A stretch of 64,000 nucleotides of DNA from Chloroherpetonaceae bacterium (GTDB lineage Bacteria; Bacteroidota; Chlorobiia; Chlorobiales; Thermochlorobacteraceae). The DNA is taken from assembly GCA_025055975.1 (NCBI GenBank), contig JANWWM010000028.1:36219-100218 (forward strand). Direction: 5' to 3'. The notes beneath the pieces were generated by a model. It did no database searches. It was not told where the DNA came from and saw nothing but the letters and a program-made list of their open reading frames with translations. Below are positions 54,094 through 64,000 of this stretch, piece after piece (within the stretch, counting starts at the first letter, position 1; each line of letters begins with the position of its first letter). A program made the translations under genes and the position numbers.

Positions 54094-54900
54094 ATGCCAA
54101 AAGTTGAAATCAACGGGCAAACCTACGACGCGATTGTCGATGAATCTCTCCTTGCCGTCGCTCGCAAACACAAGGCTCACATCGGCTACGCCTGCGGCGG
54201 AAACGGCTTGTGCCAAACGTGCGAAGTCATCGTGGAAAGCGGAATGGAGGCGCTCTCGCCGATGAACGATGTCGAGAAGGCGTGGCTGACGGCGGAAAAG
54301 CAAAAGAACGGTCATCGTCTCGCATGCCAATGCACGTTCGTCGCCGACAAGCCCGTCAAGCTCATTACGCGCGCCGAAAGAGCGCGTCAGGTCTTCAATC
54401 GCGCCTTCAAAGAACAACCCAAAGAGCCGTCGAAACACCCGCAAGGTTACGTGGGCGAGTTTTTCACTTGGCTCGGAATGGAAACGCTCTCGCATCTTTC
54501 CGCCGTGCCGTTTGTAACGGTCAACGTGATTCAGCGCGTCGCCGAGGGCAAACTGACGCTTCAAGCGGTGTCCGACACCATCAACGCCGCCAACGAGCGT
54601 TTTCCCGAAATCAATCAAATCGTAACCGAGATAACGGGGAGCATTCCCAAGGCTGTGGGCGATTTGGGCAAAGGGCTTGAACCCGTGATGAACAGCGCGG
54701 GCGAATTGTTCAAGAACATTGGCAACGCCGTCTCATCGACCGATTTGAACAAAACGCTCGAACCCGTCGTCAATGGCGTCTCGAGCGTCGTCAAAGGCGT
54801 AACCGACGCGGTGTCGAAGGTCATCGGCGGCGCGACGCCAAGCGCGTCTTCGGCGCAACCGGACGTTACGCCCGTCAAGGTTGAGGTCAAGAAAGGCTAA
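54094..54900 (+). CDS. [2Fe-2S] ferredoxin-domain protein with long amphipathic C-terminal region; resembles chlorosome envelope proteins CsmI/CsmJ/CsmX (tentative)
   Basis: 268 aa. The N-terminal ~95 aa contain YACGGNGLCQTCEV...LACQC (Cys-x5-Cys-x2-Cys...Cys). The C-terminal ~170 aa are Gly/Val/Ser/Lys-rich amphipathic segments (GELFKNIGNAVSS, LEPVVNGVSSVVKGVTDAVSKVIGG). High confidence as a CDS and for the Fe-S domain; the Csm assignment is about 0.5. Confidence 0.8.
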   Translation: MPKVEINGQTYDAIVDESLLAVARKHKAHIGYACGGNGLCQTCEVIVESGMEALSPMNDVEKAWLTAEKQKNGHRLACQCTFVADKPVKLITRAERARQVFNRAFKEQPKEPSKHPQGYVGEFFTWLGMETLSHLSAVPFVTVNVIQRVAEGKLTLQAVSDTINAANERFPEINQIVTEITGSIPKAVGDLGKGLEPVMNSAGELFKNIGNAVSSTDLNKTLEPVVNGVSSVVKGVTDAVSKVIGGATPSASSAQPDVTPVKVEVKKG

Positions 54901-54932
54901 TTCTCGCAAGCAGTTACAAGCAGTATCGCAGC

Positions 54933-55634
54933 ATGCAGTTGGAAGTATCCATCAAACGCTTCAATCCCGAAATCGATGGCGCGCCCCATTGGGAAACATA
55001 CAAGGTCGAGGCGGACCCAATGGAGCGCGTGCTCGATGTGTTGAACAAAATCAAGTGGGAACAAGACGGCACGCTCACCTACCGCAAGTCGTGCGCGCAC
55101 GGCGTTTGCGGCAGCGACGCGATGATGATCAACGGCGAAAATCGCCTCGCATGCGTTACGCTCGTCAAGGACTTGAAAACGACGAAGCTCAAAATCGAGC
55201 CCGTTCCTGGCGCGTCGGTCATCAAAGATCTCGTCATCGATATGACGCGGTTTTGGAAGAGCTACGAGACGATCATGCCGTATTTGTGCAACGACGATCC
55301 GCCGCCCGAAACGGAGCGATATCAAAGCGCGCAAGATCAGGAACTCATCGAGGAATCGACGCGATGCATTCTTTGCGGCGCGTGCACGTTCTCGTGCCCC
55401 TCGACGTGGAGCGACGAAGAGTATCTTGGTCCCGCCGCGCTTTTGAAAGCCTACCGATTCATCTTCGACAGTCGCGATCAAGCCGCCGACCAACGCCTGC
55501 GCATCATCGACAACAACAAGGGTTTGTGGAAGTGCTACACGATTTTCAACTGCGTGCAAGCCTGCCCGAAGGAAATCGACATCACGAAGCACATTTCCGC
55601 GTTGAAGCGCAAGGTCGTCAGCGAGCGCTATTGA
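54933..55634 (+). CDS. sdhB: succinate dehydrogenase/fumarate reductase iron-sulfur subunit
   Basis: 233 aa. Three Cys clusters: SCAHGVCGSDAMMINGENRLAC, CILCGACTFSCP, CYTIFNCVQACP. Confidence 0.92.
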   Translation: MQLEVSIKRFNPEIDGAPHWETYKVEADPMERVLDVLNKIKWEQDGTLTYRKSCAHGVCGSDAMMINGENRLACVTLVKDLKTTKLKIEPVPGASVIKDLVIDMTRFWKSYETIMPYLCNDDPPPETERYQSAQDQELIEESTRCILCGACTFSCPSTWSDEEYLGPAALLKAYRFIFDSRDQAADQRLRIIDNNKGLWKCYTIFNCVQACPKEIDITKHISALKRKVVSERY

Positions 55635-55848
55635 ACGATTGAACGGCTTTCAACCCCGCGCCATCGCCTTCAACCCGACGGCGCGACGTTTTCGCAAAGG
55701 CTATCAAGGTTTTCCGCCTTTGGTAGTCTTTTTCATTCGACTCGCTCAACAACGAAAGACGATGGGATATACCAGCGATTTCGGATACCAAGATTTCGAT
55801 GTGGGGCTCGAAACGCTCGAGCGCATCGTGATGAAGAACGAAAAGAAG

Positions 55849-56985
55849 ATGCACATCGACTTGGGCGTTCCGAAAGAAATCACGCCCGACGAAAAGCGCG
55901 TCGCCATCGCGCCATCGGGCGTGAAAATCGTGGCGCAACAAGGACACAGCGTTTTTGTCGAGCGCGACGCGGGCGTTCATTGCAACTTCACCAACGAGGA
56001 ATACATCGAAGCGGGCGCCATCGTCGTCAATTCCGCCGAAGAAGTCTACAAAAAAGCCAACCTCATCGTCAAGGTCGCCGCGCCGTTGCCGTCGGAATAC
56101 GACCTGTTGCAACGCGACCAAACGCTCATTTCCGCGCTGCACTTGGGCAGCGTGCGCACCGATTTGATCGAGACCGTTTTGCGAAAGGGCGTTACCGCGC
56201 TCGCGTTTGAGTTTATCGAGACGCGCGATGGCGAATTGCCCGTGGTGCGCTCGATGAGCGAAATCGCGGGCGCGCTCGCGGTTCAAACCGCCGCGAAGTA
56301 TTTGGAAACGGGCAACGGCGGCAGGGGCATCATCTTGGGCGGATGCGCGGGCGTTCCGCCCGCGACGGTCGTCATTCTCGGCGCGGGCACGGTTGGGCAC
56401 TACGCCACGCAAGCCGCGCTCGGCTTGGGCGCGCATGTGATGGTCATCGACAAAGAACTCAATCGCTTGCGCCGATTCGAGACGATTTTCAATCGCCGCG
56501 TTACGACTGCCATCGCCAACGACCACTACATTTCCAAAGCCGCCAAAGTCGCCGACGTGATGATTGGCGCGATGAACCCGCGCGGCAAAGTGATGCGCCC
56601 CCTCGTCAGCGAAGAAATCGTGATGACGATGCGCAAGGGCGCGGTGATTATCGATGTCTCCATCGATCAAGGCGGTTGCTTCGAGACCAGCCGACGCACG
56701 TCGCACTCCGACCCCATTTTCGTCAAATACGGCGTAACGCACTACTGCGTCCCGAACATGCCGTCCGCCGTGGCTCGCACCGCCTCCTACGCGCTTACCA
56801 ACGCGCTCATTCCGTTCATTCTCAAACTTGGGCAATACGCCAGCCCCTCCGACGCGCTGTGGCGAAGCACGAGCCTCCGAAACGGCGCATATGCTTACAA
56901 AGGCTATCTCACCAAAAAAGTCCTCGCCGACCTTTCGGGTCTCACGTTCCGCGAAATACAGATGCTTCTTGCGACCGACATCTGA
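55849..56985 (+). CDS. ald: alanine dehydrogenase
   Basis: Start at MHIDLGVPKEITPDEKRVA; 55831 is an alternative. The track ORF 55639..56985 carries a non-homologous leader. NAD-binding block VVILGAGTVGHYA. C-terminal HYCVPNMP. Confidence 0.9.
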   Translation: MHIDLGVPKEITPDEKRVAIAPSGVKIVAQQGHSVFVERDAGVHCNFTNEEYIEAGAIVVNSAEEVYKKANLIVKVAAPLPSEYDLLQRDQTLISALHLGSVRTDLIETVLRKGVTALAFEFIETRDGELPVVRSMSEIAGALAVQTAAKYLETGNGGRGIILGGCAGVPPATVVILGAGTVGHYATQAALGLGAHVMVIDKELNRLRRFETIFNRRVTTAIANDHYISKAAKVADVMIGAMNPRGKVMRPLVSEEIVMTMRKGAVIIDVSIDQGGCFETSRRTSHSDPIFVKYGVTHYCVPNMPSAVARTASYALTNALIPFILKLGQYASPSDALWRSTSLRNGAYAYKGYLTKKVLADLSGLTFREIQMLLATDI

Positions 56986-56997
56986 CGCGGCAACAAC

Positions 56998-57021
56998 GAA
57001 GGCGAGCCTCGACTCGCCTTC
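56998..57021. terminator. hairpin between convergent ald and the Hsp70 gene; possible bidirectional terminator
   Basis: gaaggcgag-cctcga-ctcgccttc is a 9-bp perfect stem located 13 nt after the ald stop. The flanking T/A tracts are weak. Confidence 0.5.
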
Positions 57022-57052
57022 TTGGCGCCATCCATCGCTCGTTTGCGAAACG

Positions 57053-58948
57053 TCAAGCGACCTCGTCAACCTTGCGACGTTCCAGCGCGCGCGCCACGGC
57101 GGCGTTCATCGCTTCTTGCGCGAAATGCGTGGTAACTTGGTTAAGTTTCTCCGTAACCTCGGCGATCAATTTTCTATCCGTTCCCGTTACGACCGATTTC
57201 AATTCCGCCACGACTGTTCGAATCGCCTCTCGCTCTTCGATCGGGAGCGACTCGAAAATTTCCCTTTGTCGCTCAATGGATTTTTCCGTCGCCGCAATGA
57301 GCGCGTTTGCTTCGACTTGCGCTTCAATCAAGAGCCGCTTCTCGACATCTTCTTGCGCGTGCTCGAAGCCCGCAAGCAGCATTTTCTCGACCTCTTCGTC
57401 GGTCAGTCCGTAAGTGGGTTTCACTTCAATCGATTGCTCTTTGCCTGAGCGTTGGTCTTTGGCGGACACGGTGAGAATGCCGTTGGCATCGAGCGCGAAG
57501 GTTACCAAAATGCGCGGCATTCCCGCCGGCAAGGGCGGAATGGGTTTCAGGGTGAACTTTGCGAGCGAGCGATTATCTTGGGCAAGTTCGCGCTCGCCTT
57601 GCAAGACGTGAATGTCGATGCCCGTTTGATTATCGACCGACGTGGTGAACTCCTGGGCGACTTTGATGGGGACTTTCGAATTGCGCGGAATGATGGGCAC
57701 GAACACGCCGCCAACGGTTTCGATGCCGAGCGAGAGCGGGGTGATGTCCAAAAGCAAGATGTCGTCCGCGTCGCCCGACAGCACGCCCGCCTGCACCGCC
57801 GCGCCGAGCGCGACGACTTCATCGGGGTTGAGTTCGTCGTGAGGCTTTTTGCCGCCAAACAGTTCCGATACGAATCGCTTGACGAAAGGCGTGCGCGTCG
57901 AGCCGCCCACGAGCACGACTTCGTCGATTTCGCTCGTCGTTACGCCCGCGTCTTTCAAGGCTTTTAGGCACGGAGCTTTGGTGCGCTCCACGACGGGCGC
58001 GATGACTTTTTCAAACTCATGGCGCGAGAGCGTTCGGTTGAATGGCTTGCCGCACACGTCAAAATGAATCTCGGTCTCTTCGCGCTCGCTTAGGTCGCGT
58101 TTGGCGCGCTCGCATTCGAGCCGCAAGCGTTGCGCGATTTGCGCGTTGCGGAACGGGTCGAGACCAAATTGCGCCTGAATCTCGATGGCGAGATGTTTCA
58201 TCAGGGCAAGATCGATGTCGTCGCCGCCAAGATGCGTGTCGCCGTTGGTCGAGAGCACATCGAAAATGCCGTCTTCGAGTTTGAGAATGGAAATGTCGAA
58301 GGTGCCGCCGCCCAAGTCGTAGACGGCGATGAGTCCGTTTTTCTTTTTGTCCAAGCCGTAGGCGAGCGACGCGGCGGTCGGTTCGTTCAAGATGCGCAAG
58401 ACGTCCAAGCCCGCAAGTTTGCCCGCGTCTTTGGTGGCTTGGCGTTGCGCGTCGTTGAAATAAGCGGGAACGGTGATGACGGCTTTCGTTACGGGTTCTT
58501 CGAAGTAATCGTCCGCCCACCGTTTGAGTTCCTTCAAAATCATCGCCGAAATTTCAATCGGCGTGAAGAGGCGCGTTTCCTTGCCGTTGCTGATTTCGAT
58601 TTTGCACACGCTTGTCGACTCGGCTTCGCTGATGCGATAGGGCAAGTGGCGCAGTTCGTCGCGCACGTCGGCGAAGGCTTTGCCCATCAAGCGCTTGACG
58701 GAGTAGATGGTTCGGTCGGGGAATCGGCTCAAAAATTCTCTCGCGCTCGAACCGACGATGGCGTTGAAGTTCTCGTCAAAATAGACGATTGAGGGAACGA
58801 GACGCTCTTTGGTGTTTTTGTTGGCGATGATGGCGGGATTGTCGCCGTGCATATAAGCGACGAGGCTATTGGTCGTGCCCAGGTCGATGCCGATGATGCG
58901 TTCTTTCTTGATGGTGCCCGTGCGAATGTCGATGGGAATTCGCGCCAT
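57053..58948 (-). CDS. hscA: Hsp70-family chaperone, HscA-like
   Basis: Start at [32 protein letters not shown] (58948). Blocks [21 protein letters not shown] and [14 protein letters not shown]. The N-terminal extension and C-terminus resemble HscA rather than DnaK. No hscB/isc genes are adjacent. Confidence 0.8.
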   Translation of the reverse strand: MARIPIDIRTGTIKKERIIGIDLGTTNSLVAYMHGDNPAIIANKNTKERLVPSIVYFDENFNAIVGSSAREFLSRFPDRTIYSVKRLMGKAFADVRDELRHLPYRISEAESTSVCKIEISNGKETRLFTPIEISAMILKELKRWADDYFEEPVTKAVITVPAYFNDAQRQATKDAGKLAGLDVLRILNEPTAASLAYGLDKKKNGLIAVYDLGGGTFDISILKLEDGIFDVLSTNGDTHLGGDDIDLALMKHLAIEIQAQFGLDPFRNAQIAQRLRLECERAKRDLSEREETEIHFDVCGKPFNRTLSRHEFEKVIAPVVERTKAPCLKALKDAGVTTSEIDEVVLVGGSTRTPFVKRFVSELFGGKKPHDELNPDEVVALGAAVQAGVLSGDADDILLLDITPLSLGIETVGGVFVPIIPRNSKVPIKVAQEFTTSVDNQTGIDIHVLQGERELAQDNRSLAKFTLKPIPPLPAGMPRILVTFALDANGILTVSAKDQRSGKEQSIEVKPTYGLTDEEVEKMLLAGFEHAQEDVEKRLLIEAQVEANALIAATEKSIERQREIFESLPIEEREAIRTVVAELKSVVTGTDRKLIAEVTEKLNQVTTHFAQEAMNAAVARALERRKVDEVA

Positions 58949-59070
58949 TGTTGGTTGGATTGAAGTTGAATGAAATTTGAAGCCAACTGAACAACGCCGT
59001 TTGTTCAATCGTTTTGGAGAAACGAAAAAGCCCTTCGTTTCGGGAAGGGCTGAACGGACGCTTGGACGTT

Positions 59071-59862
59071 TCAATCGCGTCGCTTGCTGGCTTCGAGCAA
59101 TTCGCGTTTTTCCTCGCTCGTGAGCGAATCGTAACCGCTGCGCGAGATTTTGTCGAGAATCTCGTCGATGCGGTCTTGATTGGGACGCGCGCCAGACGAG
59201 CGCTGCGACGGCGCGTAGTTTGAGCGCGAGGAAAATGTTTTTTCAAGCCAACCTTGCATCGGCAATTCGCCTTGCATCGCTTTGATGTAGACGAAGCCGA
59301 TGAGCATTCCGCCCAAGTGCGCAAAGTGCGCGACGTTGCTTCCCGAACTGCCAAGCGAGGCGAAGAATTCAAGAACGGCGTAAATCGCCACGAGATATTT
59401 CGCCTTGATGGGAATGAGGAAGTAGATGAAGATGTATCGGTCGGGGAACATCATTCCGAAGGCGAGCAGCACGCCATAGACCGCGCCTGAGGCGCCAATC
59501 GTTGGCGCGTCGTGCGTAAAAATCATGTTCAAAATTCCCGCGCCCACGCCGCAGGCGAAGTAGTAGCTCGTAAAGTGCTTCGTGCCCCAGTAGTTTTCAA
59601 TTTCCACGCCGAACATCCACAAGGCGAGCATATTGAAGAACAAGTGCCCGAATCCGCCGTGCAGAAAGAGGTAGGTAACGGGTTGCCAAATTTCAAAGTT
59701 GCCTGAACCGACGGGCCAGAGCGCGCCATATTCACGAAGCGCGTAGTTGAGCGGCGGAATGAGCCAGCCGAACAACGCAATCAACACGTTGGACACGATC
59801 AACGCTTTAATCGCGGGCGGCATCAACGTGAATCCGCTGGGTTGATAGTCATCGTAACGCAT
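59071..59862 (-). CDS. rhomboid-family intramembrane serine protease
   Basis: 263 aa. Catalytic Ser in [14 protein letters not shown] and His in [13 protein letters not shown]. Hydrophilic C-terminal tail. Confidence 0.9.
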   Translation of the reverse strand: MRYDDYQPSGFTLMPPAIKALIVSNVLIALFGWLIPPLNYALREYGALWPVGSGNFEIWQPVTYLFLHGGFGHLFFNMLALWMFGVEIENYWGTKHFTSYYFACGVGAGILNMIFTHDAPTIGASGAVYGVLLAFGMMFPDRYIFIYFLIPIKAKYLVAIYAVLEFFASLGSSGSNVAHFAHLGGMLIGFVYIKAMQGELPMQGWLEKTFSSRSNYAPSQRSSGARPNQDRIDEILDKISRSGYDSLTSEEKRELLEASKRRD

Positions 59863-59931
59863 CGCGCAAGCGAAATTGAAAAAGTTGTCGGAATCGTAAC
59901 GCGAGAGCGAAACTAAAAATTTTCGGGGAAA

Positions 59932-61125
59932 TTACTTGTCGTTGAGCGCGGCGATGCCGGGCAAGGTTTTGCCTTCCAAGAATTCCAAACTCGCGCCGCC
60001 GCCCGTCGAGACGTGAGTAACGGCTTTTTCAAGTCCCGCCTTTGCGATGGCGGAAGCGCTGTCGCCGCCGCCAATGACGGTGATGGCGCCTTGTCGGGTC
60101 GCGTCCGCGAGAGCCTTTGCGATTTCCATCGTGCCTACGGCGAACTTATCCATCTCGAAGACGCCCATCGGTCCGTTCCACACGATCGTTTTCGCGTTGA
60201 GGATTTCGTTGCGATACGCGCGAATCGTCTCCGCGCCAATGTCCAAGCCCATCCAGCCCTCTTCAATCGCGTCGATGGGGACGGTTTTGGAGTTCGCGTC
60301 GTTTTCGAACTTGTCGGCGATGACGACGTCGGTGGGCAGCCGCAATTTCACGTTGCGCGATTTGGCTTTGTCGAGAATCGCTTTGGCGACATCGAGTTTG
60401 TCATCTTCAACGAGCGATTTTCCGACCTTTAATCCTTGCGCTTTGAAGAAGGTGAAAATCATCGCGCCGCCGACGAGAATCGCGTCGACTTTTTCCATCA
60501 GGTTTTGGAGCACGTCGATTTTGCCCGAAATTTTCGCGCCGCCCAAAATCGCCACGAAGGGACGCTTCGGATTGGCGGTCGCTTCGCCGAGATATTTGAG
60601 TTCCTTTTCAATCAAGAAGCCCGCGACGGCGGTCGAGAGGTACTTCGCAACGCCTTCCGTCGAGGCGTGCGCGCGATGCGCCGTGCCGAATGCGTCGTTG
60701 ACATAGACGTCGCCGAGCGCGGCGAGTTTCTTGGCGAATTCGGGGTCGTTGGCTTCCTCTTCCTTGTAGAATCGGACGTTTTCCAAGAGCAACACGTCGC
60801 CGTTTTGAAGCGCGTTGACTGCGTCTTCGGCTTCTTTGCCGATGCAATCGGGCGCGAACTTGACGGGCTTGCCCAAAAGTTCGGACAGTCGCTTGGCGAC
60901 GGGTTCGAGCGAAAATTCGGGCGACTTGCCTTTGGGTCTGCCAAGATGCGACATCAAAATCAACTTGCCGCCCTGCGCGACGACGTGCTGAATGGTCGGA
61001 AGCGATTCACGAATGCGCGTGTCGTCTTCAATGTTCTTCTGTTTATCGAGCGGCACGTTGAAGTCGACGCGCATCAGAACGCGCTTGCCCGCGACGGCGA
61101 TGTCGCGTATGGTTTTCTTGTTCAT
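59932..61125 (-). CDS. pgk: phosphoglycerate kinase
   Basis: 397 aa. Blocks [43 protein letters not shown]. Confidence 0.96.
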   Translation of the reverse strand: MNKKTIRDIAVAGKRVLMRVDFNVPLDKQKNIEDDTRIRESLPTIQHVVAQGGKLILMSHLGRPKGKSPEFSLEPVAKRLSELLGKPVKFAPDCIGKEAEDAVNALQNGDVLLLENVRFYKEEEANDPEFAKKLAALGDVYVNDAFGTAHRAHASTEGVAKYLSTAVAGFLIEKELKYLGEATANPKRPFVAILGGAKISGKIDVLQNLMEKVDAILVGGAMIFTFFKAQGLKVGKSLVEDDKLDVAKAILDKAKSRNVKLRLPTDVVIADKFENDANSKTVPIDAIEEGWMGLDIGAETIRAYRNEILNAKTIVWNGPMGVFEMDKFAVGTMEIAKALADATRQGAITVIGGGDSASAIAKAGLEKAVTHVSTGGGASLEFLEGKTLPGIAALNDK

Positions 61126-61142
61126 TTCGTTGCGAAATCGGT

Positions 61143-62717
61143 TTAATTTCCAAATCGGTATTGAACTTCGCCCACGGCGCGAATGCGGACTTTGTCGGCG
61201 CTTCGCAATGCGACGCGGCGCGGCGTGGGCGTTTTCGTGTTCGCAAAAATTTGGTTGAACGCGAACTTGGCTCGCTTCAAGAGGCGCAATTCTTCAGGCG
61301 TGAAGTCGAGGCGAAGCGTCGTCGTGGCAACTCCATTGCTAAAACCCGTGCTCGCGTCGATGGGCGCGGCGGCAAAGCGCAATCGAGTCGTATCGCCTTG
61401 ACGCGGAAACGTGAACGGATTGCCATTCGCCAAACGCAACGGACGGCGGTTCTCGTCAAGAAACGAAATTTTGCCTTCGGTCTCGAATGGAATCTCGCTC
61501 TCGGCGCGAAGGTTCAGGGCGAGCCTCTCGAAATTGTCGGTGTTCAAGTCTTCGCTAATGTCCGACGAATCGCTCGCCGCCAGCGTATCGAGCGCAAAGC
61601 GCAACGGCGTTCTAAGCTCGAAAATCAGTTTGACGGTGCTCGTGTCGAAGGCAGACCCCGTGAGACGACGCGGATTGAGCAAGACCTTGCCTTCCATGTA
61701 GATGGCGTTGGGTCGGCTTAAAACGAAGGAAAGGGCGTTGCTATTGTTTTTGTCCAGCGCGACTTGAACCGACGGTTGCGTCAGGGTTGCGCCTTCAGGC
61801 GTGGCGGGCACGAAACGCACGATGTTGCGCCCTTGCTCCAAAATGAAGAGCGTGTCGCCGTTGCGCATGATAACGCGAAATATGGGCTTCGCGGTGTCTT
61901 CGACGTTGAAAAAGTTGAACAGTTTGAACGTCACGACGGGGTCGGCGTCGCCCGCAACCGTATCGATGGAGTTGAAAGCGTTGATGTCAATTGGGTCGAC
62001 AACGATGTCGTATTCGGCGGGTTTGTTTTCCTCGACGTTCCAAATCACGCCCTTTGCGTAGCGCGCGACGAAACTATCCGACGAGGCGGTAATGCGCAAG
62101 TCAATGGCGTCGCCCGTCGTCAGCGTCGTGGTTACGACAAACGGGATATTGACGCGGTCGGGCGAGGAGATGACGAAATTTTCAAGATTGCCTGATTGAA
62201 CGGATGTCGTCGCGTTTCCATGGAACGGCGTCGTGAGGCTCAACGGCTGATTGTTGGCGCGATTGCGAATCGTTGGGAACGTAACCGTAACCGTGCCGCT
62301 CGAGGCGTTGAGGTTCTCGATTCTGAGGCGTTGAACGCCGCGTTTGAGAATCACCGTGTCGATGCGCTCGATTTTGCCGCCCACGATTTTCAGCGAATCG
62401 TTGCGAACGACGGGCGTTCCGACGGTCGCGGGATTTTGCTCGACGTTCAACGTGCGCGAAAGCGACACGCGAAGCGAATCGCGTATGTCAACCAATCGCT
62501 CGCGCGTTTCCGTAATCACGTAGTCAATCGTGCCGTTTGCGGCGATGACGAAGTTCGCGTCGCGCGATTCCTCAATCAATCGCTCGACGGTGTAGGTGGC
62601 GTTGAACAAGGGCAGTCGATAATTGACGGTCCAAGTTGGAGAGGCAGGCTCTTCGACGCAACTTCCAAAAAGAACGGCAAGCAGAAGGAGTGGAAGAAAC
62701 AGGCGTTTTTGGCGCAT
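61143..62717 (-). CDS. hypothetical lipoprotein, 524 aa, no family recognised
   Basis: Start at [20 protein letters not shown] (lipobox), an internal Met of ORF 61143..62774. Beta-rich with coding-like composition. It ends 17 nt before the pgk start. Confidence 0.65.
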   Translation of the reverse strand: MRQKRLFLPLLLLAVLFGSCVEEPASPTWTVNYRLPLFNATYTVERLIEESRDANFVIAANGTIDYVITETRERLVDIRDSLRVSLSRTLNVEQNPATVGTPVVRNDSLKIVGGKIERIDTVILKRGVQRLRIENLNASSGTVTVTFPTIRNRANNQPLSLTTPFHGNATTSVQSGNLENFVISSPDRVNIPFVVTTTLTTGDAIDLRITASSDSFVARYAKGVIWNVEENKPAEYDIVVDPIDINAFNSIDTVAGDADPVVTFKLFNFFNVEDTAKPIFRVIMRNGDTLFILEQGRNIVRFVPATPEGATLTQPSVQVALDKNNSNALSFVLSRPNAIYMEGKVLLNPRRLTGSAFDTSTVKLIFELRTPLRFALDTLAASDSSDISEDLNTDNFERLALNLRAESEIPFETEGKISFLDENRRPLRLANGNPFTFPRQGDTTRLRFAAAPIDASTGFSNGVATTTLRLDFTPEELRLLKRAKFAFNQIFANTKTPTPRRVALRSADKVRIRAVGEVQYRFGN

Positions 62718-62784
62718 TGACGACGTTTTCGTTTTTTGGTTCAAACTCGCGGGAAAGTAACCATTTTTTTGCAAAAAATTTTTA

Positions 62785-63258
62785 ATGAGCTCCTACAAAG
62801 GTCATCTTTTCGGCGGCGCGCTTTTCTTCGTTCCCCTCGCCTTCGCGCTCGGAATTCTCTTTGATTACGACGAGTTGCCCACTTGGCAATATGTTCTGCA
62901 ACTTGCCATTTTGTTCGGCGTTACGCTTCTCTTCGCGCTCTTTCCCGACGTGGACACCAAGAGCAAAGGTCAGCGAGTTTTCTACTGGATTTTCTTTTTG
63001 CTCGATGCGGCGTTGATCCTGCGCGGCTTGTGGCGCGAGGCGGCGTTCTTGGGGCTTTTTGCGATGACTCCGCTCATCTCGAAACATCGCGGTTGGACGC
63101 ACTCGCTTTGGGCGGCGTTTCTCATTCCTCTGCCGTTCATCGTTCTGCCGATGTGGTATGCGAAAGCGAGTTGGACGGCGGGCTTGCCCTACTACCTTGC
63201 CGCCGTTACGGGCAATTTGAGCCATCGTTTTATGGACGGAATTTTCTTCGGGCGATGA
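62785..63258 (+). CDS. membrane-bound metal-dependent hydrolase, YdjM/DUF457-like
   Basis: 157 aa with 4-5 TM helices. His motifs KGHLFGG, HRGWTHS, SHRFMDG. Confidence 0.7.
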   Translation: MSSYKGHLFGGALFFVPLAFALGILFDYDELPTWQYVLQLAILFGVTLLFALFPDVDTKSKGQRVFYWIFFLLDAALILRGLWREAAFLGLFAMTPLISKHRGWTHSLWAAFLIPLPFIVLPMWYAKASWTAGLPYYLAAVTGNLSHRFMDGIFFGR

Positions 63259-63268
63259 TTCCGCAAAT

Positions 63269-64000
63269 TCATTCGGCTTGATTGGCTTTGAAACGCTCGC
63301 TGTGGAACAGCAACGCATCGACGAGATGTCGCGTCCAAAATTCAAACGAGTTTCCGCCTTCATATTCCGCCACGGTGAATCGATTGGTTTTGGCTTTCAG
63401 GGCTTTGACGACGCTTTCCGTCGCGGGTCGGAAGTAATCGTCTTTGCCAATCGTGAGGTGAAAGGTCAGCGACGCGAGCGCGTCCTTGGGCAAGCGCTCG
63501 ATGACGTTGGCGACGTCGTAATCGTTCCAAAACGACGGGTCGCCGCCGTCGATGCGCGGCTCGTTGTAGCGGCGATTGAAAACGGGCATCGTGGCGCTGA
63601 CGGACGAGAAGGCTTTGCGTCCCTCTTCCGATTTGAGCGCGAGACAAAACGCCGCGTTTCCGCCCGTCGAAACGCCCGAAACGCCGCGAAACCGCGCTTC
63701 GCCAAGCGCGCGATAATCTTCCTCCACCAATTCAATCAACTCTTTGAGAAAGAAGCTCTCGAATCGGCGTTTGCCGTCTTTGGACTCGGCGTAAAACGAG
63801 CCGCATTCTTCGGGCATTGCGACGATCATTTCCGTCATCTTGCCCGACAGAACGAGCGAATCGAGCAGGTCGGCGAGTTTGACGTCGCGCCAAAGTTCCG
63901 CGCTCGCCCCGCGCGGCGCGAGCAAAAACAGGCTCGGATACCGTCGTCCCGACTTGCGCAGATACGACGGCGGCAAATAGACGAGCGTCTTGACGTCGGC
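63269..64000 (-). CDS. esterase-family alpha/beta hydrolase (putative esterase / esterase D-like), N-terminus beyond the right window edge
   Basis: The frame of ORF 63269..63976 stays open to position 64000 (..ADVKTLVYLPPSYLRKSGRRYPSLFLL). Nucleophile elbow GVSTGG. Confidence 0.75.
   Translation of the reverse strand, partial: ADVKTLVYLPPSYLRKSGRRYPSLFLLAPRGASAELWRDVKLADLLDSLVLSGKMTEMIVAMPEECGSFYAESKDGKRRFESFFLKELIELVEEDYRALGEARFRGVSGVSTGGNAAFCLALKSEEGRKAFSSVSATMPVFNRRYNEPRIDGGDPSFWNDYDVANVIERLPKDALASLTFHLTIGKDDYFRPATESVVKALKAKTNRFTVAEYEGGNSFEFWTRHLVDALLFHSERFKANQAE

Noticed and set aside
55618-57069. 483-aa minus-strand ORF antisense to alanine dehydrogenase. Also 40720..42246 (antisense to the MORN protein), 39580..40482 (antisense to tatC), 37275..38192 (antisense to bchC) and 28023..28892 (antisense to the kinase-like gene).
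   Set aside because: Same reasoning: shadow ORFs with low-complexity, Arg/Asp-rich translations opposite well-supported genes.
1-64000. tRNA, rRNA, tmRNA and mobile-element genes (transposase, integrase, phage).
   Set aside because: Scanning the intergenic regions by eye showed no T-arm-like GGTTCGAATCC context or cloverleaf candidates. No ORF carries transposase or integrase motifs. tRNAscan and ISfinder searches would confirm.

Overview
Dense, moderately GC-rich bacterial chromosomal segment with about 57 protein genes. By eye I found no rRNA, tRNA, CRISPR array, transposase or integrase. Most genes are housekeeping: murA, polA, pgsA-pgpA, dus, pbpC, tatC, gatC, rsmB, glgA, engB, lpdA, sdhB, ald, an hscA-like Hsp70 and pgk. 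Diderm envelope genes resemble the Chlorobi/Ignavibacteria/Bacteroidetes group: two CarboxypepD_reg-type TonB-dependent receptors, an Omp85/BamA-like protein, and a 1148-aa beta-propeller plus cadherin-like repeat protein. The diagnostic content is bacteriochlorophyll biosynthesis. It comprises a bchF-bchC-bchX cluster (36.6-39.5 kb), a BchG/ChlG-family (bacterio)chlorophyll synthase with a phytol-kinase-like gene (28.2-29.9 kb), and a 2Fe-2S protein resembling chlorosome proteins CsmI/CsmJ/CsmX (54.1-54.9 kb). I infer a chlorophototroph with photosynthesis genes scattered among housekeeping genes, as in green-sulfur-type genomes; the exact taxon cannot be determined from this window. Main observations: (1) BchX carries a roughly 165-aa C-terminal extension whose last ~55 aa fit a sigma-70 region-4 helix-turn-helix template position by position. 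(2) A CsmI/J/X-like Fe-S protein lies immediately upstream of an orphan sdhB. (3) A dispersed ~26-nt imperfect-palindrome repeat family has at least 12 copies, all intergenic, including two ~107-nt composite elements with identical 50-nt spacing. (4) A secreted trypsin-fold protein has lost its catalytic His and Ser and is fused to MORN-variant repeats. (5) A Uma2-family endonuclease gene is frameshifted, and an intact paralog sits on the other side of the BChl-synthase block. (6) An unrecognised ORF is translationally coupled to an isolated fumarylacetoacetase gene. All family calls come from motif recognition by eye; no searches were run.
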